From Eledone cirrhosa (lineage: Eukaryota): a DNA stretch of 64,000 nt. Under the pieces are notes generated by a model that had not been told where the DNA came from, did no database searches, and saw nothing but the letters and a program-made list of their open reading frames with translations. The stretch spans positions 9,362,001 to 9,426,000 of the forward strand of contig OZ024764.1 of assembly GCA_964016885.1 (NCBI GenBank), written 5' to 3'. Position numbers and translations under genes: made by a program. Positions 1 to 10,244 of this stretch are shown here, piece by piece (positions within the stretch are counted from its first letter, which is position 1; every line of letters starts with the position of its first letter).

Positions 1-35
1 CCTAAGTATAACAATTTATATATATATATATAAAT

Positions 36-343
36 GGAGGCACATGGCTTAGTGGCTAGAGCATTGGGCTTGCAATCGAAAGGTTGTTAGTTCAATTCTC
101 AGACCGAGTGATGTGTTGTTTCCTTGAGCAAGACACTTTATTTCACATTGCTCCAGTTTACTCAGCTGTAGAAATGAGATGATAGGGACTGGGGTCCCTA
201 TCATTCCACTGCAAAGTGGTCGTGTAGGTGCCACGGCAAAAAAGCACCCAGCACTCACTGTAAATGAGGTTGGTGTTAGGAAGGGCATCCAGCTGTAGAA
301 ATCAAGCCAGGGAAAAGTGGACGTGAAATGATGATGATGATGA
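36..343 (+). mobile_element. tRNA-derived SINE family 1
   Basis: A box TGGCTTAGTGG, B box GTTCAATTC, shared body, (ATG)n tail; small 3' deletion. Confidence 0.88.
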
Positions 344-956
344 AAATAGAGAAATTAATGTGAGCAAGAAGCCAACAGTATTTCATAATATATAAGTGAC
401 TATAACGTCAAAATGGAAAATAATTAACGTAAGATGTGGGAAAATAATTCAAACTCAATTCAAAAAAATCAAGACATAGATTTATCCATAGAATTTTGTG
501 AAATCCAGGGAAAAATCAATAGAGCCTCAACTCTGAATAAAATAAAGTTTAAATACTCATCCTTATATATATACATATATATTTCCCTTCACAGCTCTGT
601 ATACACACATACACACCCTTATATTAACATACTTTTGTTCATACCTGCGTACAGATGTCTGATGAGATTTTAATTAAAGAATCAGGTCCGATTGATAGAG
701 ATAGAAACATGAGCTGATCAATTGCGAAACATGAGTCACACCTGAATAAACTTAACGAAGACTTGACACCTCATCTTTACTTATTATTAATCACGCCATG
801 CTTTCCAGCACAGTTACGTCCCTTTATGATCTGAGTTCAAATCTCGCCGAGTTTGACTTTGCCTTTCATCCTTACAGGGTCAATAAAATAAAGTACCAGT
901 AATGTACTGGGGAATTTGCTGGCCTTGTGCTTAAAGTAGAAACAATTATTAATCAT

Positions 957-1146
957 GGCGGTGGATTAGCAGTATCGGTAGAGAGTCGGACACCATGCTT
1001 TGACATAGAGTTACGGCCCTTTACGGTCTGAGTTCAAATCCCGCCGAGGCTGACTTTGCCTTTCATCCTTACGGGGTCGATAAAATAAAGTACCAGTAAT
1101 ACACTGGGATAATTGCTGACCTTGTGCCAAAAGTAGAAACCATTAT
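957..1146 (+). mobile_element. tRNA-derived SINE family 2 (other copies ~795-950, 3192-3315, 39283-39446, 47615-47725 on +; 24685-25185 cluster and 37905-38093 on -)
   Basis: GGCGGTGGATTAGCAGTATCGGTAG head, B box GAGTTCAAATCC, conserved body GACTTTGCCTTTCATCCTTACGGGGTCGATAAAATAAAGTACCAGT. Confidence 0.85.
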
Positions 1147-1149
1147 TAA

Positions 1150-1169
<20 letters not shown>

Positions 1170-1184
<15 letters not shown>

Positions 1185-1366
1185 TTATTCTGGGTTGAAT
1201 CAGAGGTAACCACAGTAAGTAAGGTACTCAATACATAGCAGAGTATAAAAGTTTTAATATAGAAGAGCTTCTACAGGACTAGAACTGTTTCATTCGTGAG
1301 AAATCACCAGGAAGCTTCCTGATGATTTCTCACGAATGAAACAGTTCTAGTCCTGTAGAAGCACTT

Positions 1367-1368
<2 letters not shown>
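1170..1368. mobile_element. Fold-back repeat family with hammerhead-like core at the turn (copies ~6525-6722, 9645-9810, 42745-42885)
   Basis: Arm AGAAGAGCTTCTACAGGACTAGAACTGTTTCATTC and its inverse; CUGAUGA-UUUC(UCAC)GAAU-GAAAC-A-GUU at 1319-1346; shared tail TATTGAGTACCTTACTTACTGTGGTTA. Confidence 0.65.
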
Positions 1369-1405
<37 letters not shown>

Positions 1406-1984
1406 AAGGGACAGCCCATACTACCAATGCTAACACGGAAGATGGACATTAAACGATGATGATGATGATGATGATGTTGATGACGATATATATATATATA
1501 TATATATTTGTTATCCATTCATCGATGGCTGTTCACACAGTTCTTCTTGTTTTCGACCCCCCTCCCCCCCCATCTCTCCACCCCCTCCCCCTCCTTCACC
1601 CTCTCCATGTAATTCCAACTCTATTAAATGCTGTGAAATCAATACGTTAATGTGTGATTGACAGCGATGCCATTTGTAACAGGCAAAAGATATAACTTTT
1701 CACGTACATACGACAACGAATCTGTCTCTAGTTAGCATTTTCTTTATTATATCTCATTTTGTTACGTTAGATTATATTATATATTAGATTATATTATATA
1801 TTATATTAGATTATATTATATATTATATTAGATTATATTATATATTATATTATATATATATATATCATCATCATCATCATCATCATCATTTTACGTCCAC
1901 TTGCAAGAGTGGGACGGGTCCTATTCAGCACAGCATCTCTCTATTCGTCACGGTCCTTCGTCATCTCTTCAAGAGAGAGAGGTG

Positions 1985-2310
1985 TGTTAGAGCATTGGCC
2001 TTGCAATCGAAAGGTTGTGAGTTCAATTCTCAGACCGGGTGATGTGTTGTTTCCTTGAGCAAGACACTTTATTTCACATTGCTCCAGTTTACTCAGCTGT
2101 AGAAATGAGATGATAGGGACTGGGGTCCCTATCATTCCACTGCAAAGTGGTCATGGAGGTGCCACGGCAAAAAAGCACCCAGCACTCACTGTAAATGAGG
2201 TTGGTGTTAGGAAGGGCATCCAGCTGTAGAAATCAAGCCAGAATCAGTTCCCGTCCCACCCTTGCAAGCAGGGAAAAAGTGGACGTAAAATGAAATGAAT
2301 GAATGATGAC
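1985..2310 (+). mobile_element. SINE family 1, 5'-truncated
   Basis: Near-identical to 3342-3685 from GTTAGAGCATTGG onward. Confidence 0.88.
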
Positions 2311-2723
2311 ATATATATATATATATATATAGAGAGAGATAGATAGATAAATAGATAGATAGATAGATATATATATATAGAGAGAGAGAACAAAGTGATA
2401 GAGAGGTATATATATATATTTATATATATATATATATATATATATAAATATATATATAAATGAAAAACAAGATGGCGTAGGACAGAACAAAGGAGAGGTA
2501 CAAAACAAAGAAAGGAATCCCCGGTCACTGATGAGGTCAAAGAATGTATGATGAAAGAACTTTGACAACATAAGAACAACCGCCCGGTTGTGGAACCAAC
2601 CAACCAACCGGAAATTTATAAATTTCTTAAATTTATAATTTAATTTATAATAAATTGGAGTGAAAGCAATTGGTGCATGTGTTTCTTATTGGCAACATGA
2701 CCCTCCCAAAGTATAATAATATA

Positions 2724-2754
<31 letters not shown>

Positions 2755-2756
2755 TG

Positions 2757-3154
2757 TACGAGGGCAATCCCAAAAGTAAGGTCTCCTTCCGATATTGCAA
2801 CTTTTCCATTAAAATCCTGTGGATGGTGCTTTGGGAAACCTCAGGAACCAAAATGCAGAGAGCATCCAGAGTGATCCGCCGATCTTTACGCATGTTTTCC
2901 TTGGAAGGAGACCTTACTTTTGGGATTGCCCTCATATATAATAACTGCGTGAAATCCGCACTTGGTAGTAGCGTTCAACGGGAGCTCCATTCTCAATGGC
3001 TGCCAAGCCAAGATTGAGCATCCCAGCGAAGCGCGCGCATGCTTGTTTGGGAGTGAAGGGAGCACCAATCACAACAGTGTTGCCAACAGCCGTACGAACA
3101 GTTTCTCTGCATCCCCATCGCTTTGGAGACCTTACTTTTGAGATTACCCTCGTA
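2757..3154 (-). mobile_element. Mariner-type deletion derivative with three TIR copies and a transposase HTH remnant
   Basis: TIR TACGAGGGCAATCCCAAAAGTAAGGTCTCC at 2757-2786, inverted copies ending at 2936 and 3154; minus-strand peptide DRRITLDALCILVPEVSQSTIHRILMEKLQYRK resembles the mariner HTH region. Confidence 0.8.
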
Positions 3155-3341
3155 TTATATATTTATATATAATACAAGGGTAATCTGAGATTACAGTCTG
3201 AGTTCAAATCCCGCCGAGGTTAACTTTGCCTTTCATCCTTACGAGGTCGATAAAATAAAGTACCAGTAATGTACTGGGTATTTGCTGGCCTTGTGGCTAA
3301 AGTAGAAACAATTATTTATTTATATATATATATATATTGAA

Positions 3342-3685
3342 GGAGGCACATGGCTTAGTGGTTAGAGCATTGGCCTTGCAATCGAAAGGTTGTGAGTTCA
3401 ATTCTCAGACCGGGTGATGTGTTGTTTCCTTGAGCAAGATACTTTATTTCACATTGCTCCAGTTTACTCAGCTGTAGAAATGAGATGATAGGGACTGGAG
3501 TCCCTATCATTCCACTGCAAAGTGGTCGTGGAGGTGCCACGGCAAAAAAGCACCCAGCACTCACTGTAAATGAGGTTGGTGTTAGGAAGGGCATCCAGCT
3601 GTAGAAATCAAGCCAGAATCAGTTCCCGTCCCACCCTTGCAAGCAGGGAAAAAGCGGACGTAAAATGAAATGATGATGATGATGA
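3342..3685 (+). mobile_element. SINE family 1, full length
   Basis: Pol III A/B boxes; 3' end CCCACCCTTGCAAGCAGGGAAAAAGCGGACGTAAAATG then (ATG)n. Confidence 0.92.
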
Positions 3686-3937
3686 AATGATATATATACA
3701 AATATAAATTAGCGAGAATCATATTTCGGCTATTGGAAATTAGAGAAAAACAACTTCCGAGATGTGTGGCAAGCGCTCAATAGATTCTAACGAACCAGAG
3801 CTACAACATACGTTAAAAGGCCAAACACACTGAGACGATGGTTAAACCATTATCCGCACAGCCATAGAAACGACCAAGTAATTCGGGTCAAACAAATAAA
3901 AAAATATGATTGAAAATATATATATATATATATATAT

Positions 3938-4271
3938 GGAGGCACATGGCTTAGTGGTTAGAGCATTGGGCTTGCAATCGAAAGGTTGTGAGTTCAATTC
4001 TCAGAGTGGGTGATGTGTTGTTTCCTTGAGCAAGACACTTTATTTCACATTGCTCCAGTTTACTCAGCTGTAGAAATGAGATGATAGGGATACCAGTCTC
4101 TATCATTCCACTACAAAGTGGTCGTGGAGGTGCCACGGCAAAAAAGCACCCACCACTCACTGTAAATGAGGTTGGTGTTAGGAAGGGCATCCAGCTGTAG
4201 AAATCAAGCCAGAATCAGTTCCCGTCCCACCCTTGCAAGCAGGGAAAAGCGGACGTAAAATGAAATGATGA
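3938..4271 (+). mobile_element. SINE family 1, full length
   Basis: Colinear with 3342-3685. Confidence 0.92.
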
Positions 4272-5462
4272 TATATATGTCTAATGGTAGCTAAGATGCT
4301 TCCATAGTTGGTAGGCCGGTTGAGCACTCAATGCTCTTATGGAGCAGAGTATTATAGAATGGAAAACGAAATATTTTCACAGTAAAGGCTTTATTTCACA
4401 TAATATCTAATCTATGAGATTTTGATGTTATTTATTTTGAGAACAATACCTTAACATCAGTATGAGTGGCCAGTTATGGCCGGTTTGAACAGAAGGAGGT
4501 GAGAGAATTGTGGCCATCCACAATGTTATGCGGTCCAATTTCACGAGCTCCACCCCACTTGTTAAGTGAATTAGGCCTGGGAAGTGTTATGATGATAATG
4601 ATGACGATGGTGATGGTGATGATAATGATGACGATGGTGATGGTGATGATGATGATGACGATGGTGATGGTGATGATGATGATGATAACAAAATGAGGAT
4701 GTTGATGGTGATGCTACTTCTGTTACCACCACCACCACCACCACCACCACCGCCGCCACCACTACCCCCCACCCCTACCCACTACCTCCACCCCCACCAC
4801 CACCACCACCACCACCACCACCATTATGACAGATCATCAGCAGATAATGGTCCATAGTAATTTGAGACAAGACAGCTATCTATCATGATGGTGGCAGTGG
4901 TGGTGGTGTTGTTGTTGTTGTTGTTGTGTGTGGTGGTGGTGTGTGGTGGTGATGGTGGTGGTGGTGGTGTGTGGTGGCGGTGGTGGTTGTGGTGGTGGTG
5001 GTGGTGTGTGGTGGTGGTGGTGTGTGGTGGTGTGTGGTGGCGGTGGTGGTGGTGTGTGGTGGTGGTGGTGTGTGGTGGCGGTGGTGGTGGTGTGTGGCGG
5101 TGGTGGTGATGGTGGTGGTGGTGGTGGTGTGTGGTGGTGGTGGTGTGTGGTGGTGGTGGTGGTGGTGGTGGTGGTGGTGTGTGGTGGTGGTGGTGTGTGG
5201 TGGCGGTGGTGGTTGTGGTGGTGGTGACACCACCAACACCAACACCAATACCAACAACATAACATCATTGTTTTTAAAAAAACATTTTATCCACAATATA
5301 TAGAATTCACACTATTGCATATATATATATATATATATATATATACAGCACCAACAGTTTTGCAAGAGATGTCAACACGAATGGACCTGTTATCTTTATC
5401 TAAAGACATTTTTTCCAATTCCACCCTGCCCGTCCCCTCAATCTATCTTATTTCTCATTCTT

Positions 5463-5498
5463 TCTTCTGATGAAGGACTAGCGTCCGAAACGTTAAGA
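5463..5498 (+). ncRNA. Minimal type I hammerhead ribozyme motif
   Basis: UCUU-CUGAUGA-A-GGAC(UAGC)GUCC-GAAAC-GUU-AAGA: intact core, 4-bp stem II, stem I UCUU/AAGA, loopless stem III. Confidence 0.75.
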
Positions 5499-5583
5499 CC
5501 CTCTTCCTGCTATTTCAAGCGTTAACCTAATATATCCCTTCCATATACTGTACCGATTGTGTTGTTATTTGTGTTTACCTTTT

Positions 5584-5637
<54 letters not shown>

Positions 5638-6723
5638 ATCTATCTATCTAAGGCGGGTAAAATTCCCGAGATCCATGGACGAGTTCTCTCCAGCGGTCTC
5701 TGTCCCTCATTATTGCTGCCATATCCTGCATCTCCAACAGACCAGTGTCTGTCCTTAGGGCATCAACATATGTTAACCTTGGTCTTCCTCTTCTAGTGTG
5801 TCCATATATATATATATAACGAAGGAAATGTGGTAAGGAACCAGGTGGACCATAACGCACCAAAGTACTCAATACTTAGGGTAGTAGAGTGGGTAATAGG
5901 AACAAGTAAGACCCCGACGGCTGAGCTCAAGCCGTTTCGACGGCTAATTCTGTACTGAATTACTACTAACTTGTGATGTGACCAATCCTGGTGATTATCT
6001 CTTTGACCATATATGGAATTACCCCTTGATAAGTTCGGCTATTTAAATACCAGAATTAATTTTTCATTCAGTACAGAATTAGCCGTCGAAACGGCTTGAG
6101 CTCAGCCGTCGGGGTCTTACTTGTTCCTATATATATATATGTATATGTGTATGTAAATATATATATATATTCAAAACTACAAACAACGGAGGACGCGTTT
6201 CGCACCTTTCCGACAGACAACCTTTCCCCCACCCCGGAAAAAAACCCCAGTTGATGGATGTGAATCCGAAATATATAGGGACAATTAAATCTCTCCCAAG
6301 GTAACTCTCTCTCGTGTTGTTATTTTAATTTTATCCTTTATACTCTTTCCTTCATTCCTCTACACATCTTATACACGCCACGCATCTCAACGTACACCCA
6401 CTTACATCTCTCTCTCCACCACCGGACCTTGTTACCCGGAGATTTACCCATTTGCATTGTCGAGGCTTCCAAACGACTTAAAGATATTTACATACATATA
6501 TATATATATATATATATTTTTATTTTTATTTTATAGAAGGAGCTTCTACAGGACTAGTACTGTTTCATTCAGATGAAATCGTTAAGATTTCATCTGAAGA
6601 TTTCATCTGAATGAAACAGTACTAGTCCTGTAGAAGCTCCTTCTATAAAATAAAAAATTTTACTCTGCCATGTATTGAGTACCTTACTTACTGTGGTTAT
6701 CCCCGACTCAACCCGGGACCTAC

Positions 6724-6794
<71 letters not shown>

Positions 6795-6893
6795 AATAGA
6801 AATATGTAGGTAAACAGAAATAACAACACAATCGGTACAGTATATGGAAGGGATATATTAGGTTAACACTCACTTGAAATAGTAGGAAGAGGG

Positions 6894-6929
6894 TCTTAAC
6901 GTTTCGGACGCTAGTCCTTCATCAGAAGA
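6894..6929 (-). ncRNA. Minimal hammerhead motif, inverted copy of 5463-5498
   Basis: Exact reverse complement of the plus-strand motif. Confidence 0.75.
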
Positions 6930-7460
6930 AAGAATGAGAAATATGATAGATTGAGGGGATGGGCGGGGTGGAATTGGAAAAAATGTCTTTAGATAAAGAT
7001 AACAGGTCCATTCGTGTTGACATCTCTTGCAAAACTGTTGGTGCTGTATATATATATATATATATATATATGCAATAGTGTGAATTCTATATATTGTGGA
7101 TAAAATGTTTTTTAAAAACAATGATGTTATGTTGTTGGTGTTGGTGTTGGTGTTGGTGGTGTCACCACCATCCCACACACCACCACCGCCACCACACACC
7201 ACCACCACCACACACCACCACACACCACCACCACCACCACCATCACCACCACCACACACCACCACCACCATCACCACCACACACCACCACCACACACTAC
7301 CACCACACACCAACAACAACAACAACACCACCACCACCACAGATAAAAATAACAGGTCCATTCATGTTGACATCTCTTACTAACTATGCTCTCATTTTAG
7401 GTTTACACATCAGTCGATTTCTTCTTTTTAATTTCTAAATGTTCTCTTCTTTTACTGCAG

Positions 7461-9083
7461 GTGAGCCCGACATCCACCAGTGATGTTCTTAGTAACAAGA
7501 AGCTTTACCCAAACTTCATGCGAGTGGTTCCCGCCGACAGATACCAAGTAGAGGCCATCACGGTGATATTGGAGTTCTTCAAATGGTCTTATGTCTCAAT
7601 AGTATTTACCGACAGTAGCTACGGACGCGACGGGGTGAAACGCCTCAAATCCGTGCTCGGAGAGAAGGGGATCTGTATAGCAAAGACCCTGGAAATCGGG
7701 TACGAATGCACGCCGGAAAACATGCGGAAGACCCTTGCTAATCTCCAAGGCCCGAAATCTCCGAAGGTCGTCGTCCTCTATATAGAAATCGTTGACGTAG
7801 ATTTAATACTGCGGACTGTGAAAAGCATGGGGATTGAGCGCGAGTTTATGTGGGTTGCCAGTGACTCGTTTAGTCTTGGCTTGCCCTCGGACTTGCGGCA
7901 CATGGTAGCCGGGTCACTCACCGTAAGACCTTATTCGAAACTGGTTGATGAATTTGAAGAAAGGATAAAGCTTCAGTTTCCCTCAAGCAATGCGTACGAA
8001 ATGCAACATTCGACGGAAGAGTCGAAAAACGTCTCGATGGCGGACGAGTTTAATATGTATGTACCGGCTGGTTTCTATATTGACGCCGTCAATGCTCTGG
8101 CCACTGGAGCCGACCTGCTCATCAAGGAACGGTGCCCGCGCGCAACGGGCGGCGAGGAACTGCGCAGGTGCGCCAAACCCGTTGAGCTGTGCAAACGGAT
8201 GCGTAACCTCACGTTCAACGGTTCCTATGGCGAGATCTCGTTCGACCAGAACGGAGACGTGGTCGGCATGTATGAGATCATTCAATACCAGCTTGGCGAA
8301 GACGAACGACAAGTCAACTACATGCCGGTCGGCTCCTGGGACATGCGTACGAACCGCCTCACCATCAATGAAGACCAACTCCGCTGGCCACGTCCTTCCA
8401 CTTCTACGACAACCGCCACTGCTACTGGTATCGCCACAACCGACACCACTACAACAACAGCAACACCAGACAGTAACATTTCTGCAAAAACTCCTCCCGT
8501 CTCAAAATGCGGGGATCGGTGTCCGGCCGGCCACATATATTACTTCCCGAAGGAGACATGCTGTTGGGAATGTCGCAAATGTAAAAGTAACGAAATTACC
8601 GCCGAAGATTTGTCCATTTGTAAAATCTGTCCGATGTATTACTGGCCCGTGGACGAGCAACAAAAAGCCTGCAAGAAAATACCTCCACATTTCTCCCAAA
8701 TCAGCGACAAGACTGCAATCATAGTCTGCTCCGTGGCCTCCATCGGATCTTTCAGTTGTATCGTCATCGTCCTTATATTTATCCACTACCGCAACGACCG
8801 ACCCATACGAGCATCAAGTAGGGAACTGAGCCAGTTAATGCTGTTCGGCATATGGGTAGCTTACATGTTGGTTATCAGCTTCATGGCATCCCCTAGTGAC
8901 AACATTTGCTACGTGAATTACGTAGGGTTCAACCTAAGTTTCACGCTGGTCTACGCACCACTCCTCGTCAAAACCATCCGTATTCACAGAATCTTCAGAG
9001 CCGGGCGTAAATCGGCCAATTTACCTGCCTGCACCAGCTCCTGCTCCCAGTTAATTATTGCAGCAAGTCTTTTATCTGTACAG
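7461..9083 (+). CDS. Class C GPCR (metabotropic glutamate receptor-like), large internal coding exon: part of Venus flytrap domain, Cys-rich domain, TM1 to TM4
   Basis: Pyrimidine tract and CAG acceptor end at 7460; CAG|GTAAGC donor at 9084; 1623 nt, phase 0/0. mGluR-type motifs STSDVLSNKKLYPNFMRVVP, SSYG, WVASDS, FDQNGD, a 9-Cys domain (CCWECRKC), RASSRELS, LLVKTIRIHRIF. Upstream exons are not in the window. Confidence 0.95.
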
Positions 9084-9380
9084 GTAAGCAGTCTCTCACT
9101 CACTCTCTCTCTCTCTTGATTGCTTTCTATCTAACTTTCTTTCTCTATATATATATATATGTATATATGTATATATATATATATATTTCGTTTCTGAAGA
9201 GGTCACAGAATGTGTGACGAAAGAACTTTGACAATATATATAAACAACTATCTGGTTGTGGAACCAACCAACCAACCAGAAATTTATAAATTCCTAAATT
9301 TAGAAATTTATTATAATAAATTGAAGTGAAAGCAACTGGTGCGTGTGTTTCTTATTGGCAACATGACCCTCCCAAAGTAT

Positions 9381-9457
<77 letters not shown>

Positions 9458-10209
9458 AGGAAAAAAAAAGAGAATCAGTGTTGCGACGAATGGAATTTAT
9501 TGGACATATTACAATAATTTCTCTGGCGACCAGCTCGAGGCACGATCGAACCTGACTCTGAAAATCGCAAGGTCCTCAGATATGTCTTGATTCTACGAAG
9601 CAGATTTTCCAATTATATATATATATATATATTTATATTTGATATAGAAATGGCTTCTACAGGACTAGAATGGTTTCCTTTGAATGATGATTTCCTTCGA
9701 ATGAAACAGTTCTAGTCTTGTAGAAGCCATTTCTATATTATTAAATATTTATACTCTGCTATGTACTGAGTACCTTACTTACTGTGGTTACTTCCAATTG
9801 AACCTGGGATACACACATGGATACATACACAAACTTCAGGGATATCATATTAAAAATATGGTATGCCTTCCTCAGACAAAATACAATATATAAACCGTTT
9901 TATAAATAAATTTGACATACCTTAAACAGTGCAACTTCCATTTTAAAAATTTTTAAATGGAAGTTGAACTGTTTTAGGTATGTCAAATTTATTTATAAAA
10001 CGGTTTATATATTGTATTTTGTCTGAGGAAGGCATACCATATTTTTAATATGATATCCCTGAAATATATATAATGAAATAAATATGGTTTTATAAATATA
10101 GTTTCCGTTTGTTTAATATCGTAAACCCACTCCAAAACCTGTTGAGTGCTTTTATATCAGTTATAAAATTATTTACTCGTTGTAACCCAACAATTTTAAA
10201 TATAACTTT

Positions 10210-10242
<33 letters not shown>

Positions 10243-10244
<2 letters not shown>

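Noticed and set aside
36-110. tRNA gene
   Set aside because: A and B boxes are present, but there is no good acceptor stem and it continues into a multicopy SINE body.
49-288. Recurrent 79-aa ORF MPFLTPTSFTV...
   Set aside because: Antisense reading of SINE family 1; it recurs because the SINE does.
659-710. CTGATGA followed by a hairpin (also CTGATGA at 19740, 21142, 21606)
   Set aside because: No GAAA directly after a stem II and no stem I or III, so not counted as hammerheads.
9084-9119. ORF continuation VSSLSLTLSLS* as the receptor C-terminus
   Set aside because: Intron read-through past a strong GTAAGC donor; the remaining TM helices are at 33677-34609.
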